Shown here one piece after another: positions 44,230 through 57,190 of a stretch of 64,000 bases of DNA; position 1 is the stretch's first letter, and each line of letters begins with the position of its first letter. The stretch lies in assembly GCF_009914755.1 (NCBI RefSeq), contig NC_060938.1. One strand, 5' to 3'. A model generated the notes under the pieces. The model was not told the origin of the DNA. It searched no databases and was given only the letters and a program-made list of their open reading frames with translations. Source of the stretch: the human T2T-CHM13v2.0 reference genome, Homo sapiens. The translations under genes were made by a program, and so were the position numbers.

Positions 44230-45850
44230 AAGTAGAAATAAGAGCAAGTTTTAGAATAGAAATATTTTTGCTTCTGATCCTGCAACCATCATTCATTTTT
44301 CACCCACTCCCATCTCAACTCACACTCACACAAACACACACACACACTAATAAAAAACACAGATGCCTCAGGTAACCATTCCCTAACTTTTGTGCATTCT
44401 TCCAAAGGTTGTTTGTGTCCGTGTAAGCAAACAGCATATATGTACTTATTTTCTATAAAAGACGTTTTGTGAACTATGCTCTCTGTCTTGCTTTTTTCAC
44501 CTGAAAATACACCTTTAAGATCTTTGTATACCAGCACATAGAATGATTCATTCATCTTTTAATCTGCATATTTAACTGGATAAACAGACAGATTGACAGT
44601 AACAGATAGATAACGCACATATGAAATAAAAATTCAAATAATTCCTATCGGTGGGCATGTTATTGTATTACAAACTAATGTGTATTTGCTAAATGTAAAA
44701 TGATGTTCAGCTTTGTACATTGCTCGTTTCTTGAATGTGGGAAATACTTGTAGAGTATGCAGAGGCAATATCGATGGGTCAAAACTGGAATCTACCAAGC
44801 TGGCATGGTGGCATGTGTTTGTAATCCCAGCCACTCTAGAGGCTGAGGTGGGTGGATCATTTGAGCCCAGGAATTCAAGGCTGCAGTGAGCTATGACCAC
44901 ACCATTACACTCCAGCCTGGGCGACAGAGTGAGACCCCATCTCTAAGAGCAAACAAACAGCAGCAACAAAACCTGGGATACACCACGCCCAATTAGTCTC
45001 TATACTTTCTGCATGGATTTGAACTCCTGTCTAAATTATGTAGAATGCTGGTTTTCTCTAGCCTGTGTGGTGGAGGAGTGTATTTTCAAAATTAGTTTTT
45101 TGCTAGTCTCATAGGCTAAACCAATATTTTACTGCAGTTTTAATTTACATTTTCCTCACAGTGAGAGAAGATAAACATCCTTTAATAAAATGCCATTTAC
45201 ATTTCCCTTTCTGTGAACTAGCCATCTAACCGATTGCCATTATTTTTATTTTGGCTTGTCTTTTTTCTATATATTTTTAGAATCACTTTGTATATCAGAG
45301 ATATTTTTCCACTGTCAAATATGTTATAAATACTTTACATAATTTCACATTTTCTTTTGGGTTTGCTTGTAGTATTACGATTATTTACATATATCAGGGA
45401 TTTCTTTAGTTCTGTCAGTGTTGAAGCATAATAACCAGTCTTCCCTTATAAAACATATAAAGGAATATTACTATGGGTGTTGTTGTTTACTAATATATTC
45501 TTTTTGTCACGTATAAATGTTCACATTTTTCATGACATTTAAATCAATATGAAATTCATGTAGAACTTCAACTTTGTTTCTTTAGATGACGAGTCAATTT
45601 TTCCATCATTTAGTAAAAAGTCCTTCTCCCTCTGATTTAACATACATTTGTTATAAAGTGAATTTTCATGTGTCTGGGTTCATCTGTGACATTTTTATAT
45701 TTTACAACTTTTTGGGAAGTGTCTGTCTCTGCCCTGGGCCAGTTCTACATTTTCTAACTTTTGGGGCTTACAATATGTTTGAATAGTTGATAGGCTGGTA
45801 CATCCATATTGTTTTATCCTGCTCTATTGTATTTTTCATGGGTCTTTTGC
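44230..45850 (-). mobile_element. Old L1ME-like fragments
   Basis: 'gttttaatttacattttcct', 'atttcccttttctgtgaact'-like antisense ORF2/3' motifs; boundaries approximate. Confidence 0.55.
44798..44970 (+). mobile_element. Alu monomer (FAM/FRAM-like)
   Basis: Single arm 'ttgagcccaggaattcaaggctgcagtgagctatga...gagaccccatctct'. Confidence 0.85.
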
Positions 45851-45920
45851 TAATTAATATCACATAGGAACAGAATTGTAATTATTTAATTTGGTACTGA
45901 CCTTAGTGTGTCTACATTTA

Positions 45921-45980
45921 TATAATGATATTCACTGGTGCAACACCGACAATAATGATATTCACTGGTACAACACCGAC
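45921..45980. repeat. 30-bp tandem duplication
   Basis: (t/a)ataatgatattcactggt(g/a)caacaccgac x2, 28/30 identical. Confidence 0.95.
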
Positions 45981-46149
45981 GAATGTGAATAAGGCCTTCT
46001 CAGCAGACTTCTAATGAATCACATGGTGGCCTATGTTTTGTGGACATTAATGATATATTTCAACAAGTACACATTTCCAGAGTACTCCTTGCATGGTGAG
46101 TATTTCATTGGTATGTTAGATGTGGAAGTTAGCAGTCATTCCCAACATT

Positions 46150-46370
46150 TAAAATCACAGGATCAGGACTCAGATCACACAGGTTTAATTCCAGGGCTGT
46201 GGTTTTCTACCTTTGTGACTAAGAATAAGTAACTTAGTATTCCAAAGTCTCCGCTTCTTCATTTGTAAAAATGATGCTCCTGCTTCGCAGCATTGTCAGA
46301 TAAAGTAAATGAGGCTGTAAGAGTGAAACCCTTAGCAAAGCAGCTGAAGTAAGTGTTAGATGTTACAACG
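46150..46370 (+). mobile_element. MIR
   Basis: 'tgtgactaagaataagtaacttag...cttcatttgtaaaaatg'. Confidence 0.6.
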
Positions 46371-47440
46371 GATACTCTATATTGAAGAGTCTAGGAATTG
46401 AGAGTGGCCCAGTCACCCTTTCTTTCTAGTTCCTAGCAATATACAGTTTCTTTTGGGAGAATCTTTTTGATAAAAGCTCTACCATCAAAAATTTGAGGAG
46501 TCTTTGAAGGTTCTTTTCAATAGATCTTTATTATGAGCAGTGCAACCTCGAGGAGTAAACTGGCCAAACAGATTTCCCAGCTTGCAGATATTTCCCACAG
46601 TAGGGAGAGTGAGCCAGAGGAATGGATATTGGAAATACCATTTCTAGAGGTGGTTCCTGGATGAAATATGGTTGGGTCTGTGGGTTTGTTTCTGGTACTG
46701 GGAACATATATAACTTCTTCCCTCTCACCTCTAAACTTGTTGGTCTTCCTCTCCTTTATCTTGTGAAACTTCCCTTATCCTTCCAATAAAATTCCTTTTA
46801 GATGAACTTAGCCGGAAGAAGTTTCTTTACAATACAAAAGGATCTAACTGAGAAGACAATCACTATTAAAGATTAAATCTCTGGAGGATTAAATAACATC
46901 GCCCAGATCACACAGCTAGAAATGTTCTATGCACTATCATTAAACAATTAAAGCTATGTTTAAACTGATGGAGACTTAGCTTGATATTTAAAAGAGGCAT
47001 TTTTAAAATAAATCATATCTGATTTAGACATCTTTGCAGGAAAGTACTTTGAATTAAAAATTATCATTCTGTTATAGATTTTTCATAGATTCTACTTGGT
47101 TGCATATTCTACAAGAATATAATCATTATTTTTGTTAAGAAATACGTATTTCTTGTCAAGAAAACTGATTGCTCAGAAATACTGTATTGAAAACCTTCCA
47201 AGAAATGTTCATCAATTTCAGTTATTGTTGTCAGAGCCTGGTAATAATATTGACCATTTGACTGAACATGGGCTTCATTAGTGGTTTTATTTACTTATTT
47301 ATTTATTTATTTTGTTACATCTTCATCTTCCATTTCCAATGTGACCATTCATTGTAGCCCAATTACAGGCTTTTTATTTACTATGAAGTCAGAGTCTCAT
47401 TAATCCATTAATAAACCAATATCGACTTTATTTTCTGCAG

Positions 47441-47658
47441 GCTTGTGATGCTTCAGAAGTCATTGTTACTTCATTTTCAAAATGAGTTCTGATAAATCTC
47501 TTCTGTTGCAGAAATTGCAAAAAAATCAATTTAAACATCTTATTGATTTAATAACACCTGTTTTTAAGTTACCAGCATGGTTCAAGGCCAAATGCTGTAG
47601 ATTCTCTAGCAACCTGACCTGTGTGATTCCTTCCAGACAGAACCCCTCCTCAGCACAG
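47441..47658 (+). other. Candidate non-coding exon
   Basis: Acceptor actttattttctgcag|G and donor CAG|gtgagt. Confidence 0.35.
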
Positions 47659-47704
47659 GTGAGTAGGAGACCCTTGAGGAGGCAGAAACTTCTTCTTTTT
47701 TTTT

Positions 47705-48308
47705 AATCTGTCTCTCAAAATCTTATAAACAATCGATGAAACTTTAATCATCTTGACCATAAGATATAATTTCTATAAACCTTCTTGTAATGTTTATAAT
47801 ATGTATTAATATTAAAAGTATTAATATTAATCTACTAATATTAAAATATTATACCAATCTATTAATATTAATCAATCAATATATTAACATTAATTGATTA
47901 ATATATTAATATTAATCAATCAATATATTAACATCAATTGATTAATATATTAATATTAATCAATCAATATATTAACATCAATTGATTAATATATTAATAT
48001 TAATCAATTAATATTGATTGATATATTAATATTTATATATGAATAAAAGTATATTAATATAAAAGTATTAATGCGTAGGTTAATACTCCAAGAAAACATT
48101 GTTAATCTGACACAGGGGCCGAGATGCTGGTTTTGTATCAGTGTGTTTTTGATATTAGTGGTTCATGTCTAGAGAAACTGAGTTAATTTTATCTCTTAAA
48201 ATCAGCCATTACAGTCTCACATGCCCACATTTTCCTGTATAGTCCCTGGGCCTTGAGGAGTTGAATAGTTTTAATTTCTAGTCCTGTGTCTTATGAACGC
48301 AGTTTATA
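47705..48308 (-). mobile_element. ERV1 (MER4-group) internal fragment without LTRs
   Basis: 'tagtccctgggccttgaggagttgaatag...aatttctagtcctgtgtc' recalled as MER4-group internal sequence. Confidence 0.6.
47865..48008. repeat. 44-bp palindromic AT-rich minisatellite (~3.3 copies)
   Basis: Unit atattaatcaatcaatatattaacat(t/c)aattgattaatatatta starting at 47865, 47909, 47953, 47997. Confidence 0.93.
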
Positions 48309-50099
48309 TTTTATTTTATTTTAGTTTAGTTTAGTTTAGTTTAGTTCTGGGATACATGTGCAGGATATGCAGGTTTTTTAACATAGGTAAATGTGTGCCA
48401 TGGTAATTTGCTATGCCTATCAACCTGTCCCCTAGGTATTAGCCCCAGCATGCATTAGCTATTTATCCTGATGCTCTCCTTCCCCTACCCCACCGACAGG
48501 CCCCAGTGTGAGTCCTTCCCCTCCCTGTGTCTGTGTGTTCTCATTGTTCAGCTCTCACTTATAAGCGAGAACATGTGGTGTTTGGTTTCCTGTTCCTGCA
48601 TTCATTTGCTGAAGGTAATGGCTTCCATCTCCATTCATGTCCCTGCAAAGGACATGATCTTGTTAATTTTTATGGCTGCATAGTATTTCATGGTATTTAT
48701 GTATCACATTTTCTTTGTCCTATCTATCATTGATGGACATTTGAGTTTAGTCAGTGTCTTTGCTATTGTAAATAGTGCTGTAATGAACATATGTGTACAA
48801 GTATCTTTATAGAAGAATAATTTATTTATATTCATTTGAATATATCTAGTAACGGGATTGCTGGATCAAGTGGTATTTCTGGTTCTAGGTCTTTGAGGAA
48901 TTGCCACTCTGTCTTCCATAATGTTTGAAATAATTTATATTCCCACCAACAGTGTAAAAATGCTCCTATTTCTCCACAGCCCTCCCAGCATCTATTGTTT
49001 CTTGACTTTCTGATAATCACCATTCTGAGTTCTGTGAGACGATATCTCATTGTGGTTTTGATTTACATTTCTATGATGATAGTGATGTTGAGCTTTTTTC
49101 ATATATTTCTTGGCCATATAAATGTTTTCTTTTGAGAAATGTCTGTTCATATCCTTTGCCCACTTTTTAATGATTTTTTTTCCTTGTAAATTTGTTTAAG
49201 TTCCTTGTAGATTCTCGATATTAGACCTTTGTCAGATGGATAGATCGCAAACATTTTCTCCCATTCTGTAGGTTGCCTATTCACTCTGATTATAGTTTCT
49301 TTTGCTGTGCAGAGCTCTTTAGTTTAATTAGATCCCATTTGTCAATTTTTGTTTTTGTTGGAATTGCTTTTGATGTTTTCATCAGGAAATCTTTGCCCGT
49401 GCCTATGTCCTGAATGGTATTGCCTAGATTTTCTTCTAGGGATTATTTTTTATAGTTTTGGGCTTTATATTTAAGTCTTGAATCCATCTTGAGTTACTTT
49501 TGGTATAAGGTGTAACAAAGGGGTCCAGTTTCATTTTTCTGCATATGGTTAGCTAGTTATCCCAGCACCATTTATTGTATAGGAAATCCTTTCCTCCTTG
49601 CTTGTTTTTGTCAGGTTTGTTGAAGATCAGATGGTTGTAGATGTGCGGTCTTATTTCTGAGTTCTCTATTCTGTTCCATTGGTCTATGTGTCCGCTTTTG
49701 TACCAGTACCATGTTGTTTTGGTTATAGTAGCATTGTAGTATAATTTGAAGTCGGGTAGTGTGATGCCTCCAGCTTTGTTCTTTTTGCTTAAGATTGTCT
49801 GGACTATACAGGCTCTTTTTTGGTTCCATATGAATTTTAAGGTAGTTTGTTCTAATTCTGTGAAGAATGTCAATGGTAGTTTAATGGGAATAGCTTTGAA
49901 TCTATAAACTACTTTGGGCAGTATGGCCATTTTCATGATACTGATTTTTCCTATCCATGGGGATGGAATGTTTTTCCATTTTTTGTGTGTCTTCTCTAAT
50001 TTCCTGAGCAGTGGTTTGTAGTTCTCCTTCAAGAGGTCCTTCACTTTCCTTGTTAGCTGTATTCCTAGGTATTTTATTCTCTTTGTAGCAATTGTGAAT
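48309..50099 (-). mobile_element. 5'-truncated L1PA with (AAACT)n tail
   Basis: ORF 49553-50044 encodes ORF2p ([11 protein letters not shown]...[12 protein letters not shown]...WYWYK); 3'UTR at ~48345-48800. Confidence 0.97.
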
Positions 50100-50764
50100 T
50101 AGAAGGAACTCTTATTTCTTAAGGAGCAGTTAGCAGTGGATCTCCCCACTCTGCATTTTCTAGTACTGTTCCAGGTCATTTGGTTTTGATTCTATAGTAC
50201 AGTTTAATTATGTAAATGTTTTTGAAATCCTGCCAAATAAAAGTGTGAGGAAATAACTGGTCAATTTTTTTTTTTTATAAAACTTTGCTGATTTCTCACG
50301 TGAATAGTCAACCAAATTATCCAGATAATTGTGGTCCTTTTGACTTCTCCTGAAGTTGCCTTTTTCTCAGCTTCCTCACATTTAATTACTGTCAGGTGTG
50401 TTAACTGGTGAAGGGAGAAAGATAAAAAAGATAGGAGAACTGAAAGAAAGTCAAACACCAATCTATAGCAATGGCTTAATTTTTACTTCTGTAACATGCA
50501 CATTTGAGGATGCTACATGGCATTTTTTGAATCAACTCTTTTCCTAATGTGCCACTTGGAGTTATGATAGGTTATGTGTATAGTAAGGACAAAAATCATT
50601 CAGGGTCATGTTTAATTCTAAACCTAAATAAATTATTTATATTACCATAGAACCAGCCATATCCAGTTGTGAAAGCTTTCCAGCTAAATTCTCTGCCTCT
50701 TTCTGATTGAGAACAACTGGTTGATAAGCCAATTTAATACTTCAGTTAGGGGAATTAGAGGGGA

Positions 50765-50945
50765 GGTAAAATCAAAGCCTGGGTGTAAAATCTCATAGAA
50801 GATAAGCCAGATTGCAACTCTACTACTTAATACCTATTACTAAGTTCCTCTGAGCCTCCATTTTCTCAAATGTAAAGTGAATAATAAGATCTACCTTGGA
50901 GAACAATTTTGAGGATTAAGTGAGACACATGTAAAGCACCTAAAA
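50765..50945 (+). mobile_element. MIR
   Basis: 'ctctgagcctccattttctcaaatgtaaag...gaggattaagtgagacacatgtaaagcac'. Confidence 0.75.
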
Positions 50946-51869
50946 TTGTATTCTGTTCATAGATATACTTGCAGATATTTTTCTCATGTATTATCACTTG
51001 CAAATGTTTTTTTAAAAGGAAATAGAAACTTACTATATTTAAACCACATTAAAATAGGTCCTCTTGCTAATATTTCTAAAATTTTAAATCTTTTATTAAA
51101 GATGGTCTTCCCAAATTCAATTTTTTAAAAGACCCTCAACCCCAGTTTCTTACCGAATTAAAACGCAGTCTAGTTTTCTGAAGACATATAGGTGGGAGAA
51201 AGTCAAGGGTTGGAGAATGTTTAATGGAAACTGGCAAGCAAATTATTAACTTGTGGGCCTTCTTTAAAAAGAACAATATGTGCATATTTTGTTGACCAAA
51301 TACAACTCTTTCTGTGCAAATGCTTCATAACTTGGTTGTAGAGAAGACATGAATCTGAAAACTCCTTTTTTGCTTTTATACTAAAGCTGGATTTAAACAT
51401 TATAATGATTTGAATTATTCAATGCCACAGATGTCCTCAGATCTTCACAACTGTTAAAATCCAAGAACCCAAATGGAGTGAAAATGAGACCTCAGGCTCC
51501 AAAGAAATTACAACGATAAGTCACAAATATGTAATGGACAGATAAGAGGAAAAAAAATAGGATGAACATGTGATAGCTGGCATGTGGCAAGACGGAATCT
51601 GAGAAATGAGTTTCATCAAAATGAAAGATGAAAAAGGTGATACATTTTATAGTAACCTATTTTTGCTTTGAATATTGGATAGAGGAAAGCTACCATCTTC
51701 TTGGTTATATTAGGACTCAGCAAGTAGATATTCATCTATAAGTTAATTCAACCATTCCTTTAGCAACCATAATAAGAGGTGCTGTTAACTAGTAGTAAGA
51801 ATGCCAGCTCTTTCTTGAACGAGAAGCAAACTGAAGCTATTTCTTCTTTTTCTGGCTTTTTGATCTCAG

Positions 51870-52250
51870 GTTAGCATGACTGTAAGTAACTTCATTTCAG
51901 TTTTCTTATTTGTGAATTAAGTATGCCTACCTCATGGAGGATCACTCTAATAAGATTACAAATGAAAGGGAAAATAAAATATGTAAATAGGTTTTAGTCC
52001 AATGCCTGGCACACAGTATGATCTAAAGTAAGTAATTGTTATCATTTCTCAGTTCCTACTGTTTACTAGGTACCGCAGCTAACATTTTATATGACTTATG
52101 TCATTTAATTTGCACAACTTTAGCTTGGTTGGAAATAATTATAATTATTCTTCTTTTAAAGATAAGAAACCCAAGATCCAGAAAAATTACATAATTTGCC
52201 CATGTTTATTCAATAGTGGTAGAAATCTGAATTGAACTCATAGCTTTCTG
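51870..52250. mobile_element. Two adjacent MIR remnants (+ then -)
   Basis: 'cagttttcttatttgtgaa...atgcctggcacacagta' then 'gataagaaacccaagatccag...aatttgccca'. Confidence 0.55.
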
Positions 52251-52252
52251 CC

Positions 52253-52978
<726 letters not shown>

Positions 52979-53245
52979 CTGACCTGCAAGTCCTTGCACT
53001 ACCGTTTCCTTTTGTTTGCATTTGTTTTTGCTATAATTTTATCTTGCATCCCACATTTTAAGGACAAGACTACTTTCTCTATAGCCATTATTATGAGTTA
53101 TTTAAAACTGCCTTATAATGCTGTTTTCTGGGGTTTTCTATATGTTTGTCTTCTCTTCCAGAAACTTAATTGATTTCCCTGAAGAAAGATAATGAGTCAT
53201 GACATTTATCTCAGCATTTCACCTCGGACAAAACCATCACATAGG

Positions 53246-54891
53246 TGCATAATAGCTGCTAAATAAATAACAAAATAATACAGCATAGGCTGTATTTTGC
53301 TACACTATAATTTAGGTTAAGACTTACATTTAAGGCATCTTTTTATCTTCAGTACTTAGAATGTTTAAATGAATGAGGAAATAACACCCAGTTTAACTAA
53401 ATGAGAAAATAACCCTAAATAGCCATAAGGAAGGTTACTTCATTCCAAAACCGTCTATTGAATGAATTGTTTATGAAATATTTTCCCCCATTTAAAATTT
53501 TCTCATTTTCCAATAACTGATACATAACTATCTTTATATCATTGAAACTTCTAGAAATGGAAAAAAAGAACGCTCGCATCAATCAACACTTGATTGTATT
53601 CAGGTATAGTAATTCTGATTACAGTAGGTTTGATACATTTATATGTTTTAATTTTCTCCCTATATTCAAATTGACTTATATGATGTTCTTACAGTGAAAA
53701 TAGAGCAAGCAGGACTTTTGACATAAGCAATTCAATTTCAAATTAGGGTTCCATCTCTTGGGTTGTCCTTTCTTATAGGAGAACTATCAGAAAGAATGGA
53801 GGAGGCTATTTTGAAGAGAACTAGCTATCTAAATCACCTACATTGGCAAAGAACCATAGTAAAAATTTATACATTCATACTGTTTGTGTGTGTGTGAGAG
53901 AGAAAATTTATCTTTATGTAACTACTTTTCAATCAATTAATCAATAAGCATTTATTTAGTACATAATCTATATTGGGCACTCTGCTAAATGCTGTTGAAG
54001 ATACAGACAAATTTACGACACAGTTGTTCTATATAAGCTTACACTAAATATTTGATATTTAGATTTTTTCCTGACAAACGTGCTCCAGCTGAACTCGTCT
54101 AACATCCTATAGCTTCATTTCTTGTCCTGCTATTCTTTCCTATCTGCTCCCATGAATTTATCTTTTTAGACCTTCTCTGGCTCTCCAGCTTTGGGGTCAT
54201 CACTTACATTATATAAGTGAATTGTGCCTTACACAATGCCAGGATGTGTCCATCCTATATGACCATTGTGGATTTATCCCAGATGGATGTTTTCTCTGAC
54301 TCTTTCTAAAAATTATAGGCTTCCTTTTGAAGATGAAATAATTCATTGCCCCTGAGTTAAACAATTCTGGGACAGGTGACTTCCCTGGTCCTGTCTTAAA
54401 CCGTACTATGACCAAGCAGTATTTTATCCATCAATTAATCTTTCTCAAACCACTTCCCCACTTTTCAAGACACACCTTATTCAGCTCAGGTTCTAAAATT
54501 CCATATACACCCTTCTCTAGTTTTCTCACTTTGAGATACTGCAAAGACTCTTCTAAGTTGGTGTTCTCCATTACTACACAGTGGCCTAATAAAGTGAGCT
54601 TTTTGGGGGAGTTGGTAATCAATGCCTTTTAAGTGGGGGTTCCTTTCTAATATTCTATCCTCTTCAGCCTAAATTGTTTTCAGAGTGCATGGTAACCAAA
54701 TAATTTAAGCATTACAGATTCTAATGATTACAGAATAACTGCACAACAGCTGCTAAATAAATGGCGAAGTAATACAGTACAGGCTGTATTTTGCTACACT
54801 ATAATTCAGCTTAAGACTTACATTTAATGCCTTTTTATCTTCAGTAATTAGAATGTCTAAATGAATGAAGGAAAACACCCAGTTTAACTAA
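53246..54891 (+). repeat. Dispersed direct repeat: 53246-53400 and 54740-54891
   Basis: Manual alignment ~88% identical over ~155 bp. Confidence 0.95.
53928..54045 (-). mobile_element. L2 3' end
   Basis: 'tcaataagcatttatttagtac...gggcactctgctaaatgctg'. Confidence 0.7.
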
Positions 54892-55094
54892 TTTTCATTG
54901 AAAATTCTAATGGTTACAGAATAATTATGTTGTAAAGAGCAAGATGAAAGAAAAAGAATACTCAGAAGAAAATTCCAAAAACTTAAGTAAATGTAGGTTC
55001 TGGTGTGAGAAGAAATACCTTTAGTTTTGAATCTGCAAATATATGATTCCATAGGTACATGAGCATTCTCTTCTCTCCTGGGTGTTCTACTTAA

Positions 55095-55310
55095 CTTTCA
55101 CAATTGCTAATCTCTGTGTCTGGCATGAATCTAAGGGTCTTACATAATTCATTTTGTTTAATCATTACCTCAAATAAGATTTTTATTTTTTTCCCATTTT
55201 ATAGCTAAAAATACTAAGTCGCAGAGAGGTTAACTAACTTGTCATTAGGCATAAAGTAAGTAATTGGTAAAGCCAGGTGGTATCATAGTAGAACTGAGAC
55301 TTGAAGCCTC
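55095..55310 (-). mobile_element. MIR
   Basis: 'cccattttatagctaaaaatactaagtcgcagagaggttaactaacttgtc'. Confidence 0.75.
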
Positions 55311-56234
55311 TATGACATACTACCTTCTTGAAATGTACGCAATCCTGTTGTCTTAAAGAGGCATAGGGACACAGGGATTATGACCACATTTGAAACATTC
55401 ACCAGATGGGTGATGAATGATTTATTCATCTTGTATTATAAATTTAAACATAATTTAATCACTCTCACCATTATCAGTTGTGCATGCTAATTTATTGTAT
55501 AATTTTATGTAAAATGCATGAGCATCTTTTGTATGAAAATCCTAAATATCTCCATATATTAACATAATTTAATGTTTTATTTGTATGCATTTCGTGTCCA
55601 ACTTGATGACAAGTTGAAAATAATACATAATATATTTTTTAATCTTGATTATAGTGCTCATTATAAGATGGTTAGTTATTTTTTAAAACAAAGATAGATT
55701 TTCTAATAAAAATGACTGAAATATATATAATAAAATTATCTTTTTCACCCTGTCCTTATTTCCAAGGTTACTCTCTCAATGTTGTGATTTTAATTGCCTT
55801 TATGTTTATATTACTAGGCATGATGGATTAAAAAAAAAGCACATTTATGATTAAGATTTAGAAGGTAGCTTCTAATTAGTAATACTAAAGTGCGAAAATA
55901 CACACACATTATGGTTGTCAATTGATATGTAAAATTGCATTTCTGAAGTAAGTATATTTTATAATTTTTTAAATATTTGAATTATAATGTGTCCTTCAAC
56001 TTACATTAAATGTTTAAGAGCAATATAATCTATTTTAGGAGGAATAATATAACAAATGCTTATAATGCAGTGCTCATTTACTCTTGTCTGCATTACGGTA
56101 ATACTTCCTGACTTCCTTGCCTCTTTTTCTTCTGAATTTCTCTCTACACTGGCAACAAACTGATCTTCATAAAATGGAAGAACAATATTAACCTTTAATT
56201 GAAATTCTCAACTGTCAAATAAGTAAAATTTATT

Positions 56235-57190
56235 ACAAGTATCTAAAAAGGTGCCCAGCATCACCAATCATTAGATAATTGCAAATCAAAACAGCAATAA
56301 GATCACTGCACATCTGTTAGAATTGCTGTTACCAAAAAAAGATAAAACAAAAGATAATAGTGTTGCTAAGCATGTAAAGAATGGGAGCCATTGCATACTG
56401 TTAGCAGGAACACATACTAATACAGCCATTATAGAAAACAGTACGGAAGTTTCTCAAAAAATTAAAAATAAGACTACCATATGATCCAGCAATCCCAATT
56501 CTGGGTATATATCCAAAGGAATTAAATTCAGGGTCTCAAATAGATAGACATCTGCACTACTGAATTAATTGCAGCAGTATTCATAATAGCCAAGACGTGG
56601 AAACAACCTAAGTGTCCATCTACAGATGAATGGGTGAAGAAAATGTTGGATACACATACAGTGAACTACTATTCAGTGTTATAAAAAAGAAGGAAATCCT
56701 TCCATCTGTGGCAACATGATGAACCTGGAGGATGTTATGCTAAGCAAAATAAGCTACACAGAGAAGGACACATTCTACGTGACCCCATTTGTTTGAGGAA
56801 TCTAAAATAGTTGAACTCACAGAAACAGAGAGTCGAATGGTGGTTCCCAGGAGTTGGCAGAGAATGAATAGGTATTAGTCAAAGAGTACAAACTTTCAGA
56901 TACGCAAGATGAATAAGTCCTAGAGTATGCTGTATAGCATAATGTCTGTCCTTAACAATGTTGTACTGTATACTTAAAAGTTCACTGAGGGTCAATCTTA
57001 TGTTACATGTCCTATCACAAAAACATAATAAGGAGGGCGGAAGAAACTTTTGGAGGTGATAAATAGGTTTATAGTGTAGAAATGTTGTGATGACTCCATG
57101 GGTATACACTTATCTGCAAATTCATCAAGTTTTGTACATTAAATATGTACAGTTATGTATGTCCATCATACCTCAATAAAGTTTTTTTAA
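56235..57190 (+). mobile_element. L1MA9/10-like 3' end, flanked by L2 remnants
   Basis: 'actaccatatgatccagcaatccc', 'gaacctggaggatgttatgctaag', terminal 'cctcaataaag'. Confidence 0.88.

Noticed and set aside
47865-48008. Regular palindromic repeats resembling a CRISPR array
   Set aside because: Units are contiguous with no unique spacers, there are no cas genes, and the context is primate DNA.
49553-50044. 163-aa ORF, also ORFs at 41133-41543 and 20412-21274
   Set aside because: L1 ORF2p/3'UTR fragments of truncated, frameshifted copies.
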